A DNA stretch of 64,000 bases from Candidatus Anstonellaceae archaeon (lineage in GTDB: Archaea; Micrarchaeota; Micrarchaeia; Anstonellales; Anstonellaceae). Location: the NCBI GenBank assembly GCA_038887295.1, contig JAWAKW010000001.1, forward strand, positions 173,668 through 237,667, in the 5' to 3' direction. Each line of letters starts with the position of its first letter. Position 1 is the first letter of the stretch. A program made the translations under genes and the position numbers. Below the pieces are notes generated by a model. The model was not told the DNA's origin, ran no database searches, and saw only the letters and a list, made by a program, of their open reading frames with translations. Below are positions 39,140 through 48,475 of this stretch, piece by piece.

Positions 39140-39649
39140 ATGGACTTTGTTGACCAGGTAATCGCAGTAAAAAAGCCATCGCAAAATCTGCTTGATTCTC
39201 TTGCAGAGCAATACTCCCAAGTGGCGTTCAAATTCGGCTATTTTGAAGCCCAATCTCCCTGCTGGCTTTATTTCATGAGGAAGGACGGCTCCTCGGCGGC
39301 TTTTGAGATTCAGTTCGGAAATGTTTCCGAATTCAAAGCCTCTCTTGGAAAGCTTGTAAGTTCAAAAGCGTCCATTTGCTTTTTTATAACCTCCTCCATG
39401 GCGCACACCATGCGGCTGGAGGAGGTGCGCGGACTGCTTTTGAGGAATTTTGAAATAGGCAATCAGAAATTTGTGCTGATTGATATAGAAAACAGCCGTG
39501 CAATCAAGGTAAACTTTGAATGGGAGAACTTCAAGCAGAAGATGTCTTCACAAGAAGGCGCAGCGTCAGCAGCCCATCCACCGCTTTTTAGGCCCCAAAG
39601 GAAAAAGAAGGTCTTCGGCAAAAGGGGCCAGCACAAAAAGCAGGACTAA
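39140..39649 (+). CDS. hypothetical protein with a basic C-terminal tail
   Basis: ORF trimmed to MDFVDQV...; no motif recognised. Confidence 0.35.
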   Translation: MDFVDQVIAVKKPSQNLLDSLAEQYSQVAFKFGYFEAQSPCWLYFMRKDGSSAAFEIQFGNVSEFKASLGKLVSSKASICFFITSSMAHTMRLEEVRGLLLRNFEIGNQKFVLIDIENSRAIKVNFEWENFKQKMSSQEGAASAAHPPLFRPQRKKKVFGKRGQHKKQD

Positions 39650-39726
39650 TTCCACACAATTCCACTAAATACAAAGATTTATATAAAGATGCCCCAATAA
39701 TTCTTAGTGCTTGGAGGAGGTGCTTT

Positions 39727-40935
39727 ATGAAAAAGTACGCCATTGCGCTAATTTCTCTCTTGCTATTTTCCTTAGTAGCTGCAGCTTCAAACTATTCTGC
39801 ACAATATGTGGTGGATGGATGGTTCAAGGTCAACCGCACAGTATTGGTTGAGGAAAGCACCAATCCATGCTTTAGGGGCCCTGTCAACATCTGCGCTGTC
39901 TTGGGTGGCTATGGCTCACCATTTGCATCCTCCCAAAGCAAAGTGACGGTTTCAATTTCTGTACAAAACATTGGAAGCGTCACACGAACCAATATAACTT
40001 TTGGAGAAAGCATCTCCTTTGTTCCCCAAGGGGTGAAAATCCAATTCTTGCAGCAGCCTGAAGGCAGCGACGGCAAAATAGTTTATTGGAAGGTTTTGCG
40101 CCTTGCCCCAGGCGAGTCCAAAACATTTTCCTATCAGTTCGAGGCAGAAAAGATAGGTGAGTATTTCCCACCAGTCAGCGTGGTGGCAGAGCCAATTCAG
40201 ATTTCCCTTTCAGCCCCCTCAGTAGTTTCAGCAGGCCAAATTGTAAACATTGCACTAAGAAGCTCGCTTGACGAGCCCGTGGCCGGAGCAACTGTTTTTG
40301 TGGAGACGGCAGACGGAACAAAGAGGGCAATCAAGACCAATGCTTATGGGGTTGCTTCCTTTGTGGCTGAAAGCAGCGGCTTTTACACTTATTCTGTAGA
40401 AGGCTTCCGCCTCAGGCAGCCGGTTTCCACCAAAGTGTTGCTGCAGGAGGAACAAAGCACCCCGCAGGTAACTGCTGCAGCAGTTGGCAATAAAGACTTC
40501 TTCTCAGCGCTTGCAGGCATCTTCCCAATCGTTGCTGCAATTTTTGCAATTGCGGTAATTGCCCTTGTACTCTACAACTTCGTCACCTCGCAAAAAGAAG
40601 AAGAGCAGCAGCCAACGCAAAAGCAACAGGAGGCGCCAACACCCACTTACTCACAGCAGATTTCCTTTGGCAAAGAGGAGGAGATAGCGCAGACTACACG
40701 GGACATCCTTGAAAGCAGGAAAAGGCAGCTTGCAGAAAAATCAGCACACCCCCCAGTCATGGAAGAAAAGGGGGAGGTTTTTGAGGCAAAGGAAGAGGAA
40801 GTTGCACAAACCCAAGAGGAAATCGACAAAGCAATAGCAGAGCTTGAGGCAATCAGGCAAAAACTTCACGAAAAAGTAAAGGAAAAGAAGCCAACAGCAC
40901 CAGCACCCAAGCACGCGCACAAGAAGAAAAAGTAG
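39727..40935 (+). CDS. cell-surface protein: signal peptide, beta-rich ectodomain, C-terminal TM anchor and an E/K-rich tail
   Basis: The N-terminal signal MKKYAIALISLLLFSLVAAASN, a TM segment near residues 285-305 (IFPIVAAIFAIAVIALVLY), and an upstream TATA (tttatataaa) plus a GGAGGAGGTG Shine-Dalgarno. Confidence 0.6.
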   Translation: MKKYAIALISLLLFSLVAAASNYSAQYVVDGWFKVNRTVLVEESTNPCFRGPVNICAVLGGYGSPFASSQSKVTVSISVQNIGSVTRTNITFGESISFVPQGVKIQFLQQPEGSDGKIVYWKVLRLAPGESKTFSYQFEAEKIGEYFPPVSVVAEPIQISLSAPSVVSAGQIVNIALRSSLDEPVAGATVFVETADGTKRAIKTNAYGVASFVAESSGFYTYSVEGFRLRQPVSTKVLLQEEQSTPQVTAAAVGNKDFFSALAGIFPIVAAIFAIAVIALVLYNFVTSQKEEEQQPTQKQQEAPTPTYSQQISFGKEEEIAQTTRDILESRKRQLAEKSAHPPVMEEKGEVFEAKEEEVAQTQEEIDKAIAELEAIRQKLHEKVKEKKPTAPAPKHAHKKKK

Positions 40936-41310
40936 CTATCTGCATTTTTCATCTTGCGGCAGGATGCATGGCCCAAAGCCAGTCCCGCATTCATTGCACT
41001 CTGAGTAGCCGAACCTGCAGCCGTCATAGCTGCACCCAATCCTTTCCTTTGGGTTGCAAATTTTCCTGGGCAAAACGCAGATTCCCCATCTTCCGCGGTA
41101 GCACTTCTGAGTCCCATTGCACCCGTCCTTTGTGCAATTCCGAACCTGACCTTCCTGGCATTCTTGTGCAAGCTGCTTGCCTGCTTCTTGCTGCTTGGAA
41201 AAAGGTACTTGGTGGGGGGTCTCAGCAGGCTTTTCCTTTGCAAAAAATATGATTAAAGCTGCAATTGCTGCAGCTGCAAGAAAAACCACCGCACGCCTCA
41301 TCTTCTTCAC
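40936..41310 (-). CDS. small secreted Cys-rich protein
   Basis: A signal peptide followed by about 16 Cys in 90 aa (GCNGTQKCYRGRWGICV...); it resembles the Cys-rich domains of the pilin-like cluster. Confidence 0.5.
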   Translation of the reverse strand: MKKMRRAVVFLAAAAIAALIIFFAKEKPAETPHQVPFSKQQEAGKQLAQECQEGQVRNCTKDGCNGTQKCYRGRWGICVLPRKICNPKERIGCSYDGCRFGYSECNECGTGFGPCILPQDEKCR

Positions 41311-41311
41311 T

Positions 41312-42202
41312 TCAGCTGTACGAAAGTTGGGGAAGGGATTTTGATTTCACATAATATTCAAGCTGGGAAACAAGAGATCCAAACATGCTCCTTCTTTTGA
41401 TGGTGCTTGAAAGCATGCATTCCCTAGGCTCTCCCTTTAGCCCTGCAAGTTCCCCTGCTTTTCTTAGGGCATCATCCCTTTTTCCAAGCTCATCCACCAG
41501 TCCCACATTTTTTGCTTGCCTGCCGGAAAGAATCCGCGCATCCAGCACCTGCTCAAACAGCACTTCATTCAGCCTTTCACCTCTTCCCTTCCTTATTGCC
41601 TCCACGAACTGGGAAAAGCTTTCATTCAAAAGTGAATAAAGAACCCCATACTCTTCCTTGCTCATTGGGCGGGCAGGAGAGCCTATGTCTTTCATTTCCC
41701 CTGTCTTAATGACAGTTTCATTGTAGCCAATTTTCTCAAAGAGCCTGCTCATATCTGCAAAGCTCATGCGCGCCCCAATGCTTCCGGTTATTGCATTTGG
41801 GTTTGCAATGATGTAGTCGGTTGCAGTTGCAATCAGATAGGCTCCAGAAGTCCCAATTTCATTTATGTGCGCCACTTTGGTCTTGTTGAGGCTTGAAAGA
41901 GCATCATATATTTCAGTGCTTGCAACCACGCTTCCCCCAGGGGAATCTATCAGAACTAGCACCGCTTTCACATCCTTCCTTTCATTCGCGCTCATTATGT
42001 CCTGTGCTATGCTTTTTGCCCCGCGAATTTCATCAAAAAACAAACTGGCACGCACATCATCGTAAATTATCGGCCCTTTTATTTCCACTATCCCCACGCA
42101 GCCTTCTGGCGGGCTTACAGAAAAAAGAGAAATCACAAGAAATGAACCTATTAGCAGGGCAACTAGCCACCAAATATAGGATTTGTTTCCTTTTGAAGCC
42201 AC
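41312..42202 (-). CDS. sppA: signal peptide peptidase SppA (S49 family)
   Basis: The LIDSPGGSVVAS and GTSGAYLIATA...ITGSIGA motifs. Confidence 0.8.
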   Translation of the reverse strand: MASKGNKSYIWWLVALLIGSFLVISLFSVSPPEGCVGIVEIKGPIIYDDVRASLFFDEIRGAKSIAQDIMSANERKDVKAVLVLIDSPGGSVVASTEIYDALSSLNKTKVAHINEIGTSGAYLIATATDYIIANPNAITGSIGARMSFADMSRLFEKIGYNETVIKTGEMKDIGSPARPMSKEEYGVLYSLLNESFSQFVEAIRKGRGERLNEVLFEQVLDARILSGRQAKNVGLVDELGKRDDALRKAGELAGLKGEPRECMLSSTIKRRSMFGSLVSQLEYYVKSKSLPQLSYS

Positions 42203-42263
42203 AAAAATCCCCTACCCTCCTTTTCTTTCAAAACTTAATAAACTTCACTCCCAAAATATTGCG

Positions 42264-42794
42264 ATGGATTTTTGGCTGGAAAAGACAATTCTTTTCATTC
42301 TTCCTTCCTATTTTGCAAACTCTGTCCCTGTTTTGCTTGGTGGCAAGGACCCAATTGATGCAAAAAGGAAGCTTTCAGACAAAAAAAGGGTTTTTGGCGA
42401 CGGAAAAACCATCCGAGGCTTTCTTTCAGGCGTGCTATTTGCAATTGTTATAGGGGCCGTACAGTGGCTGCTGCTTTCCAATACTTCTTTTGACCTTTAC
42501 AATTCAAAGCTTTCAGATTATGTGCTTGCTGGGTTTCTGCTTGGCCTTGGGACTATGACAGGGGATTTGGTTGGAAGCTTCATCAAAAGGAGGCAAGGCA
42601 TACCGCAAGGCAAACCCTCTTTCCTTTTGGACCAGCTTTCTTTTCTTCTTTTTGCCCTCCTGTTTTCCTACCCAGTCGCATCGCACCTGATTTCTTTGCA
42701 GTCATTGGCTCTCCTTATGTTTTTGACCTACTTTGTCCACGTAAGCGCAAATATCTTCGCGCACAAAATAGGCTTGAAAAAAGTACCTTGGTAG
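42264..42794 (+). CDS. carS: CDP-archaeol synthase
   Basis: Polytopic protein with the CarS-type GDGKTIRGF motif; start trimmed to MDFWLEK... to avoid overlapping sppA. Confidence 0.7.
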   Translation: MDFWLEKTILFILPSYFANSVPVLLGGKDPIDAKRKLSDKKRVFGDGKTIRGFLSGVLFAIVIGAVQWLLLSNTSFDLYNSKLSDYVLAGFLLGLGTMTGDLVGSFIKRRQGIPQGKPSFLLDQLSFLLFALLFSYPVASHLISLQSLALLMFLTYFVHVSANIFAHKIGLKKVPW

Positions 42795-43559
42795 TCATCT
42801 GATATAGCTTAAGTCGTGCTTGCTAGGCTCAACAGGCGGCATTCCCTTTCCAGACATGGCTTCCTTTTCCATCTTCCTTGCAAACATCTCGCTTTCCTTT
42901 GCCCGCTGGTCCAGCTTTTTGACATCAACTTTTATGTCCAATATTTTGCAGAGAACTTCCAGCACGGCTTGGGCAGAGCGCGCATCCACAAAACCGCCAT
43001 GCGTTTCACCCATCAGGCAAATCCCTTTCATGTTCCTGATTTTGCCTAAACCTAAAAGCAGCCCTGCTGCGCCAATTATAGAACCTCTGCTTTCCCCGAA
43101 TATAACGCCATGCTTTTTGTAATCCTCTATCATCTCCTTGTGCGTCACTACCCCGAAAACCTTTGGCACAGTGGGCATTTTACCAGTGCCGTACCCACCA
43201 AGGGTGATTACCAGCTTTACGCCTTTCTTTTGAGCAAAGTCCAATATCTTGCCGCTCACTTCATATTGCGCCTCAGATGTGACTGCCTGAACATCCCCCA
43301 CCAAAATGAGCAAATCAGAAGTTTTCCCTTTTGCAACATAGAACTTGTTTTTTATCATCCGCATTACTCCGTTGCGCTGCATCAGAACCTGATGCGGAAA
43401 GTGCGGGGAGTAAAGCTCTGCAATTTTTTCTGCACCAAGCTCAGCAATCAGATGGTCTGCAGCAATTTTTCCCACCAGCCCAATGCCTGGCAGGCCCTCT
43501 ATCAATATTGGGTTTTTGAGCCGCACCTTCTTTTTCTCCACAATTGTAGTTTCCTTCAT
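42795..43559 (-). CDS. PAC2-family proteasome assembly chaperone-like protein
   Basis: The PAC2-like N-terminus LIEGLPGIGLVGKIAADHLI; it sits downstream of nop10 as in many archaea. Confidence 0.6.
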   Translation of the reverse strand: MKETTIVEKKKVRLKNPILIEGLPGIGLVGKIAADHLIAELGAEKIAELYSPHFPHQVLMQRNGVMRMIKNKFYVAKGKTSDLLILVGDVQAVTSEAQYEVSGKILDFAQKKGVKLVITLGGYGTGKMPTVPKVFGVVTHKEMIEDYKKHGVIFGESRGSIIGAAGLLLGLGKIRNMKGICLMGETHGGFVDARSAQAVLEVLCKILDIKVDVKKLDQRAKESEMFARKMEKEAMSGKGMPPVEPSKHDLSYIR

Positions 43560-43564
43560 TTTCC

Positions 43565-43705
43565 TCACTGCAACTGCCTGCGGTATTTTGCATATTTTTC
43601 CTGCAGGCTAAATTTTGGGGGATGGGGGCTTTTTGTCGGCGTTCCACAATGGATTTCATCAAGCGTGTATGCGTTGCATATGCTGCAACGCCTCATCCTC
43701 TTCAT
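43565..43705 (-). CDS. nop10: H/ACA ribonucleoprotein subunit Nop10 (46 aa), missed by the ORF track
   Basis: Manual translation gives MKRMRRCSICNAYTLDEIHCGTPTKSPHPPKFSLQEKYAKYRRQLQ, with the Nop10 zinc ribbon and the AHPP.FSP.DKY motif; it lies immediately downstream of aIF2alpha as in the conserved cluster. Confidence 0.8.
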   Translation of the reverse strand: MKRMRRCSICNAYTLDEIHCGTPTKSPHPPKFSLQEKYAKYRRQLQ

Positions 43706-43742
43706 GCTTCTCCATTACAAAAACATGAATTTAAATGGCTTT

Positions 43743-44513
43743 CTACTTTTGCTCCCTTGAAAATTCGGCAAAAGCACCTGCCTTCTTTGCTGCAGCAGTT
43801 ATTTGCGAAACTATCTCGCTTAGAGCCCTTTCTGCGCTTTTGTAATCTTGCGCCACCACCTTCAGCTGGTACTTCGGGGCGCCAAGATAGTGGATGGAAA
43901 ACTCCACCCCAGAATACTGAAGACTGCCAAAAATTGACTTTATCCTTTCCACCCCATCAGGCGCATAGAAAATCAACGTGAGAACTCCAGAAACCTCGGC
44001 TCGAGCCTTCTTGATGCTTTTTGCAGCAACTTCAAGCAAGGCTTTTGCAAGGCCCTTTTCTATTTTAAGGCCATCCAAAGCCCTCTGCTCTTCCTTGCTG
44101 ATTGCCTCAAAAGCATCCATCAGACTACCGTATCGTTCAACCAATGCCTGTCTTGCGGAATTTTCCTCAGTCTTGGTGGACTTTGCAAGCTTTAGCGCAA
44201 CATCAAAAAGCTTCTCCGCCCTTCGCTCCCTCCTGCTTTCATCAAGCTTTGCCTTTTTTTCCGCCTCAGTCACCCTTTTGAGGGAAATGTCAATTTGGTT
44301 TTTTTCAGGGTCAATCCTCCAAACTTTTGCAACCAGATGCTGACCTTCGCTCAAAAACTCGTGTATGTTTTTTATCCATCTGGGAGCAACTTCTGAAATA
44401 TGCACAAATGCCTCCTTGCCGCCATATTCATCCAGGGTACAAAATGCCCCATAAGGCATTATTTTTTTTACTGTAATTAGCACAAGCTCATCTTGTTGCG
44501 GCAATTTGGCCAT
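43743..44513 (-). CDS. translation initiation factor 2 alpha subunit (aIF2alpha)
   Basis: N-terminal S1 domain (ELVLITVKKIMPYGAFCTLDEYGGKEAFVHISEV). Confidence 0.85.
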   Translation of the reverse strand: MAKLPQQDELVLITVKKIMPYGAFCTLDEYGGKEAFVHISEVAPRWIKNIHEFLSEGQHLVAKVWRIDPEKNQIDISLKRVTEAEKKAKLDESRRERRAEKLFDVALKLAKSTKTEENSARQALVERYGSLMDAFEAISKEEQRALDGLKIEKGLAKALLEVAAKSIKKARAEVSGVLTLIFYAPDGVERIKSIFGSLQYSGVEFSIHYLGAPKYQLKVVAQDYKSAERALSEIVSQITAAAKKAGAFAEFSREQK

Positions 44514-44526
44514 CCAACAACCTTCT

Positions 44527-44691
44527 TCACAGCACCTTGATTACCTTTATACCTTCTGCAAGCTTTACTTTAGAGCCTGTGGGCGTGGCAAGGGTTGCAG
44601 CGCAAACCAGGCACTTCACAGTGCTTGCTACATTCCCGAAAATGTTTTGCTCGTTTCCGCAAACGCACTTTACCCTCAGGAACTTGCTCAT
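44527..44691 (-). CDS. rps27e: ribosomal protein S27e (54 aa), missed by the ORF track
   Basis: Manual translation gives [54 protein letters not shown] with the C4 zinc-finger S27e signature. Confidence 0.85.
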   Translation of the reverse strand: MSKFLRVKCVCGNEQNIFGNVASTVKCLVCAATLATPTGSKVKLAEGIKVIKVL

Positions 44692-44700
44692 CCCAACACC

Positions 44701-44982
44701 TCATGCAGAAAGCTCCAGCTTCTTTTTTGTTCGAGTTCCAACCACGCGCTCGTGCTTCTTTTTGCACTCCTGGCATTCCAGGATAAGTTTTTGCCTTACG
44801 CCTTGCTTTTTTACAGGCACCTTCCCTGCCCTTTTGCCACCATGCCCCATAAGCTTTCTTTCGTGCTTTCTTGTTCCCATTGCAAGAGTCCTGGCTTTGC
44901 TTTTTGAAGCAAGCCTCGCCTTATGTACGGTGTGCTTTCGGCAGTGTGGGCAATATGTCCTTATCTCTTTTGGGTGCTTCAT
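44701..44982 (-). CDS. rpl44e: ribosomal protein L44e
   Basis: C4 zinc ribbon (CPHC...CQEC) within a basic 93-aa protein at the head of the L44e-S27e-aIF2alpha-Nop10 cluster. Confidence 0.75.
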   Translation of the reverse strand: MKHPKEIRTYCPHCRKHTVHKARLASKSKARTLAMGTRKHERKLMGHGGKRAGKVPVKKQGVRQKLILECQECKKKHERVVGTRTKKKLELSA

Positions 44983-44992
44983 CACAATCTCC

Positions 44993-45550
44993 TCAATCAA
45001 CAAGCTCTGCAAGCTTGCCTTTTACCAGCAATTCTGCCTCTTCAGGGGGCAAAAGCCCTTCTTCCCCTCCTTTGAAAGGTCCAATTATTTTGCTTCCTGC
45101 CCCCATGTAAGCTGGGACGTCTTTTGTGAATCTTACCTTTTTAAGCTTGCTTGTTGCAGCGGATTGCTGAGCTGCCTCATATCCTTTTTCAAAGCCAGAA
45201 AGCAGAGCCTCTATCCTTTCATTTTCATGGCTTATTATGTCGCAAAACCTATCGTAAAGCTCGTGCTCTTCCTTCGTCATATTCTCTTTGCTTATATGCG
45301 CCCCACTGCTTCTGAGTGCCTCAAAAAGTATTTTCTGCCTCCTTATTGCGGCAATCTCCTTGATGGTTGCAATTGAATTTTCGAACTCTTTCATCTGCAT
45401 GATGGAGCGATGCGTCTGAAGCTCGCTGTATTTGTTTGCAAGGAATTGCTTGATGGAGTCGTAAAAGTCTGGCGGAAGGTTGCACAGCCCTGGCTGGGAT
45501 TTTTCTTCGCGCACCAAGTCCCTCAAATTCTTATAGTTGATTTCCTCCAT
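44993..45550 (-). CDS. GINS subunit (Gins51-like), putative
   Basis: 185-aa helical protein immediately upstream of priS, the position Gins51 occupies in many archaea; the call rests on context only. Confidence 0.4.
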   Translation of the reverse strand: MEEINYKNLRDLVREEKSQPGLCNLPPDFYDSIKQFLANKYSELQTHRSIMQMKEFENSIATIKEIAAIRRQKILFEALRSSGAHISKENMTKEEHELYDRFCDIISHENERIEALLSGFEKGYEAAQQSAATSKLKKVRFTKDVPAYMGAGSKIIGPFKGGEEGLLPPEEAELLVKGKLAELVD

Positions 45551-45595
45551 TGCTGCGCCTCCCCTTTTTGTTCAGTTTCAAAAAGAATAAAAACA

Positions 45596-46696
45596 CTAAG
45601 CAAGAGTGGCAGCTTTTTTGCACAAAAGGTAAATTGCAGCAAATTTTGGCAGGGCAAGCTGGCTGCCTGCCTGAACTGGCCCAAAAGAAAAATCGCCCAG
45701 CGAAAGAGATGGTATATTTTCAAGCAGCCTAACTTTCACCTCTTCCTTCCCAAAAACTAAAGCATCCTTCATCGGATCAAAATTATCCAAGCTTTTCACT
45801 TTTTTTGCAGCAAGGCCGCTTCCGCCATGAAGGCTGTCTGGCAGCCGAATCAGCTTGGTGACATCTGCAGTAACATTTGAGTCAATCCTCACGCAAAGCT
45901 CGCCTTTCATCTCCTCAAATGCCTTTTGGAGCTTTTTTTCAAATCCGGGGATGCCGCACCTTCCCCAATCCCCCCAACTTATCGCTTCCTTCAACCTGCC
46001 TTTTTCTGTTTTGAGCCTTCGCCAAATTGAGGCTGCAAATCCTTCATCCTCCAATTTGCTGCAAAAGGCAGTCGCAAACTTCCCCCTATACCCTTCCTCC
46101 GTTGGTTTGGGCCCAAAAAGTTTCTTTCCGTCCTTCCAAAAGAACCTGTCAAAGGCAAGCCCCACCCCTCCTATGTAATCCGCAATCTCCCTTCTGGCTT
46201 CTCTATCCAGCTTCAGTATGTTCGGATTCCTGACATGGACATGGTAGCCTCTGCTTCCTGAAAAATTCACCTCAATTTCATGCTTTTGAATTCCAAAATC
46301 CGCGACCAAAAATTCCTCAATCAACCTGATTGTATCCTGCTTGACTTTTTGCAGGCAACTGCTGCAAGTGAATTTTCCGCATTCGTGCGGCTGGGCATCC
46401 AAATCAAAAACCAAATCCGCCCCCAGCCATGACTTTTTCGGCATAGGTCTTGCATCAGGAAACTCATAGTAGCTTACAGAATACGAAACATAAAGTGGAA
46501 CTTCTGATGAAAGCTTCCCCTGAAGCTCTACTGCACTTTTTATTTTAATGTGCCTGAATTCGATCTTTTTTTCCCATCCCCCAAAGCCAAATTCTCGCTG
46601 CTCAATTCCAGGCACAGAAAGCAAAACCTTCTTGTAATGCTGCGCAAACGCCTCTCTTACAAATTCCTCCTCTGGCGTTGGTGCTTTTTCTGTCAT
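45596..46696 (-). CDS. priS: DNA primase small (catalytic) subunit PriS
   Basis: The Prim-Pol catalytic motif DLVFDLD, a downstream HVH and a zinc-knuckle (CSSC). Confidence 0.85.
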   Translation of the reverse strand: MTEKAPTPEEEFVREAFAQHYKKVLLSVPGIEQREFGFGGWEKKIEFRHIKIKSAVELQGKLSSEVPLYVSYSVSYYEFPDARPMPKKSWLGADLVFDLDAQPHECGKFTCSSCLQKVKQDTIRLIEEFLVADFGIQKHEIEVNFSGSRGYHVHVRNPNILKLDREARREIADYIGGVGLAFDRFFWKDGKKLFGPKPTEEGYRGKFATAFCSKLEDEGFAASIWRRLKTEKGRLKEAISWGDWGRCGIPGFEKKLQKAFEEMKGELCVRIDSNVTADVTKLIRLPDSLHGGSGLAAKKVKSLDNFDPMKDALVFGKEEVKVRLLENIPSLSLGDFSFGPVQAGSQLALPKFAAIYLLCKKAATLA

Positions 46697-46697
46697 C

Positions 46698-47714
46698 TTA
46701 CTCCCTTTCCTCCTTTCTCAGCCGCGCCCCATGGATCGAATCCTTGTATAAAAGCGGATTGCCGCAGCGACAGTCTGCAATGCAAAGCCCATAGCCATCC
46801 ATGGTGCTGCACGATGGCATCGAGTATTTTTTGGAGCGGATATAGTCTACTTGGTAGCGCGTGGTTTTTTCTGAAAAATCTGGCGCATGGCGGAACAAAT
46901 CCACTATTTTTTCCACGCTCAACCCAGCATGTGTCAGGTATATTGCAAGCGCCACCCTTCCTGTATGCGACACGTTGATGTTCATTGCCAAATCCTCAAT
47001 TAGCTTCCTTATGCAAGGAGGGTAGTTTTCCTGACTTATCTTTGTGATTGCCATCTCAAGTCTTGGCACCAGCTTAAGAATCCTTTCAGCAGCTTTTTTC
47101 ACCTGCGGGGCAACTTCTACCTTTAGCGGCAGCGTCTCCTCCATCCTCTTGCGTATCGCCTCCTCAAGTATCCTGATTTGCTCATGCCTGCTGACCCACA
47201 CCCACCCAGCCTTTAGCCTGCGGTTTGAAAGCTTGTAGTCATAGGATTTCGGGCTGAATGAAAGATATTGCCAAAAAGGAATTCTAAATCCGCCTTGGTC
47301 TGCAGTTTCAAAAGTTATTCCCATCTCTGCAGCCACCTTTTGCACATTTTCATAAGTGTCCGCACCAAGGTATTCGCCTGCCCTCTTTGCCTCTGCAATG
47401 CAGTACCTGCTTGCAATGTACCGATTGGATGTGGCGGCAACAATCATTCTTGAAGCTGCATACACTGCAAGCTCTTCCTCTTGTGCCTCAGGAAGTTGTG
47501 CAACTTTCTTTATTTTGCCTGTTTCAAGAGCCTCCTGCACCCTTTTTTCCGCCTTTTCAATCAGCAGACCGGTCAGTTGCACCCCTGCTGAGGAAACATA
47601 GTCCTTTGCTTCTTTGGTAAAAGGATAGCGAGCGCAGAAGGCAAGATCTGCCATAGAAAAATCAAGCAAGCAATTTTTTATAAAATAGCTTATTACGGGC
47701 AATTTTGCTGGCAA
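46698..47714 (-). CDS. priL: DNA primase large subunit PriL
   Basis: C-terminal Fe-S domain cysteines (CSTMDGYGLCIADCRC); coupled to priS by a 1-nt gap. Confidence 0.8.
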   Translation of the reverse strand: MPAKLPVISYFIKNCLLDFSMADLAFCARYPFTKEAKDYVSSAGVQLTGLLIEKAEKRVQEALETGKIKKVAQLPEAQEEELAVYAASRMIVAATSNRYIASRYCIAEAKRAGEYLGADTYENVQKVAAEMGITFETADQGGFRIPFWQYLSFSPKSYDYKLSNRRLKAGWVWVSRHEQIRILEEAIRKRMEETLPLKVEVAPQVKKAAERILKLVPRLEMAITKISQENYPPCIRKLIEDLAMNINVSHTGRVALAIYLTHAGLSVEKIVDLFRHAPDFSEKTTRYQVDYIRSKKYSMPSCSTMDGYGLCIADCRCGNPLLYKDSIHGARLRKEERE

Positions 47715-48433
47715 TAGGACGAGCAGCTATCCTGGTAACGAATACAAGCAACTACATTGCAGCCTGCCGGATTGCAATCACAGCACTGCTCTCCGGCACC
47801 ACACCTTTCATAGACACATTCTGCATAGCCAGGTTCAGCACATCCTCCTGTGCCCCAGCCGCAGCCTACCGCTCCGCATTCTGCAAGGGTTTGGCAGTAA
47901 GTGCAGCTTCCAAGTGCGCAGGTGCCTCCTCCTCCACTTGTGCTTTTTGAGCAGCGCAAAGCAAGCTTTCTTCCTCCTGCCTGCCTTTTTCCTTCAAGAT
48001 AGCCGCTTGAATAAGTGAATGCAAGTGAAAGTCCCTTTACACTATCCTGCGGACAGAAAGGTCCAATTACATTCACCCTTACTGCCTTGCCGCTTTCCAG
48101 TTGAACTTGGCTGTTTGGCGTATTTGAACCATACATGCAAAAGATACGCGAAACGTTGTCAATTTCTATCTCAGTCAATCTGAGTGTGTCTGGCTGGTTA
48201 TTGGTTAAAACCAGAACATATGCGTTTGTATTTTGACCGCATACAGGCCCTACAAAGCTTTTGGCATCCACTACACTGATAGGCCTTGCGCTTCCCCAAT
48301 ATGCCATAGATTCAGCAATAGTGCTATCTGATGTCACCAAAGGTGAGAAACCCAAAAGATAAATCACACCAAGTGCAATCAGCAGCACCACACCCAAAAT
48401 AATCAAATACTCTGCTGAAGTCTGTGCTTTCAT
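47693..48433 (-). CDS. pilin-like protein with a class III (type IV prepilin-like) signal peptide and a Cys-rich C-terminal domain
   Basis: The N-terminus MKAQTSAEYLIILGVVLLIALGVIYLLGF and a C-terminal roughly 80 aa holding more than 20 Cys. Confidence 0.65.
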   Translation of the reverse strand: MKAQTSAEYLIILGVVLLIALGVIYLLGFSPLVTSDSTIAESMAYWGSARPISVVDAKSFVGPVCGQNTNAYVLVLTNNQPDTLRLTEIEIDNVSRIFCMYGSNTPNSQVQLESGKAVRVNVIGPFCPQDSVKGLSLAFTYSSGYLEGKRQAGGRKLALRCSKSTSGGGGTCALGSCTYCQTLAECGAVGCGWGTGGCAEPGYAECVYERCGAGEQCCDCNPAGCNVVACIRYQDSCSSYCQQNCP

Positions 48434-48475
48434 GTACTAAATTTGCCGCTCTAATTTAACTTCTTTTTGGTTTTA
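48340..48475. repeat. ~135-bp direct repeat (copy 1) spanning the pilin 5' coding end and the upstream intergenic region
   Basis: Near-identical to 49126..49262 (a few mismatches); it includes a TTAAAT TATA-like box about 26 nt upstream of the ATG. Confidence 0.8.

Noticed and set aside
43441-43662. A 73-aa minus-strand ORF overlapping the nop10/PAC2 junction
   Set aside because: It is in an alternative frame to the manually identified nop10 and to the PAC2 start, and has no support beyond being open.
44570-44776. A 68-aa ORF on the minus strand between aIF2alpha and L44e
   Set aside because: It is in a different frame overlapping both rps27e (found manually) and rpl44e, and the Cys-rich S27e frame is the conserved one.
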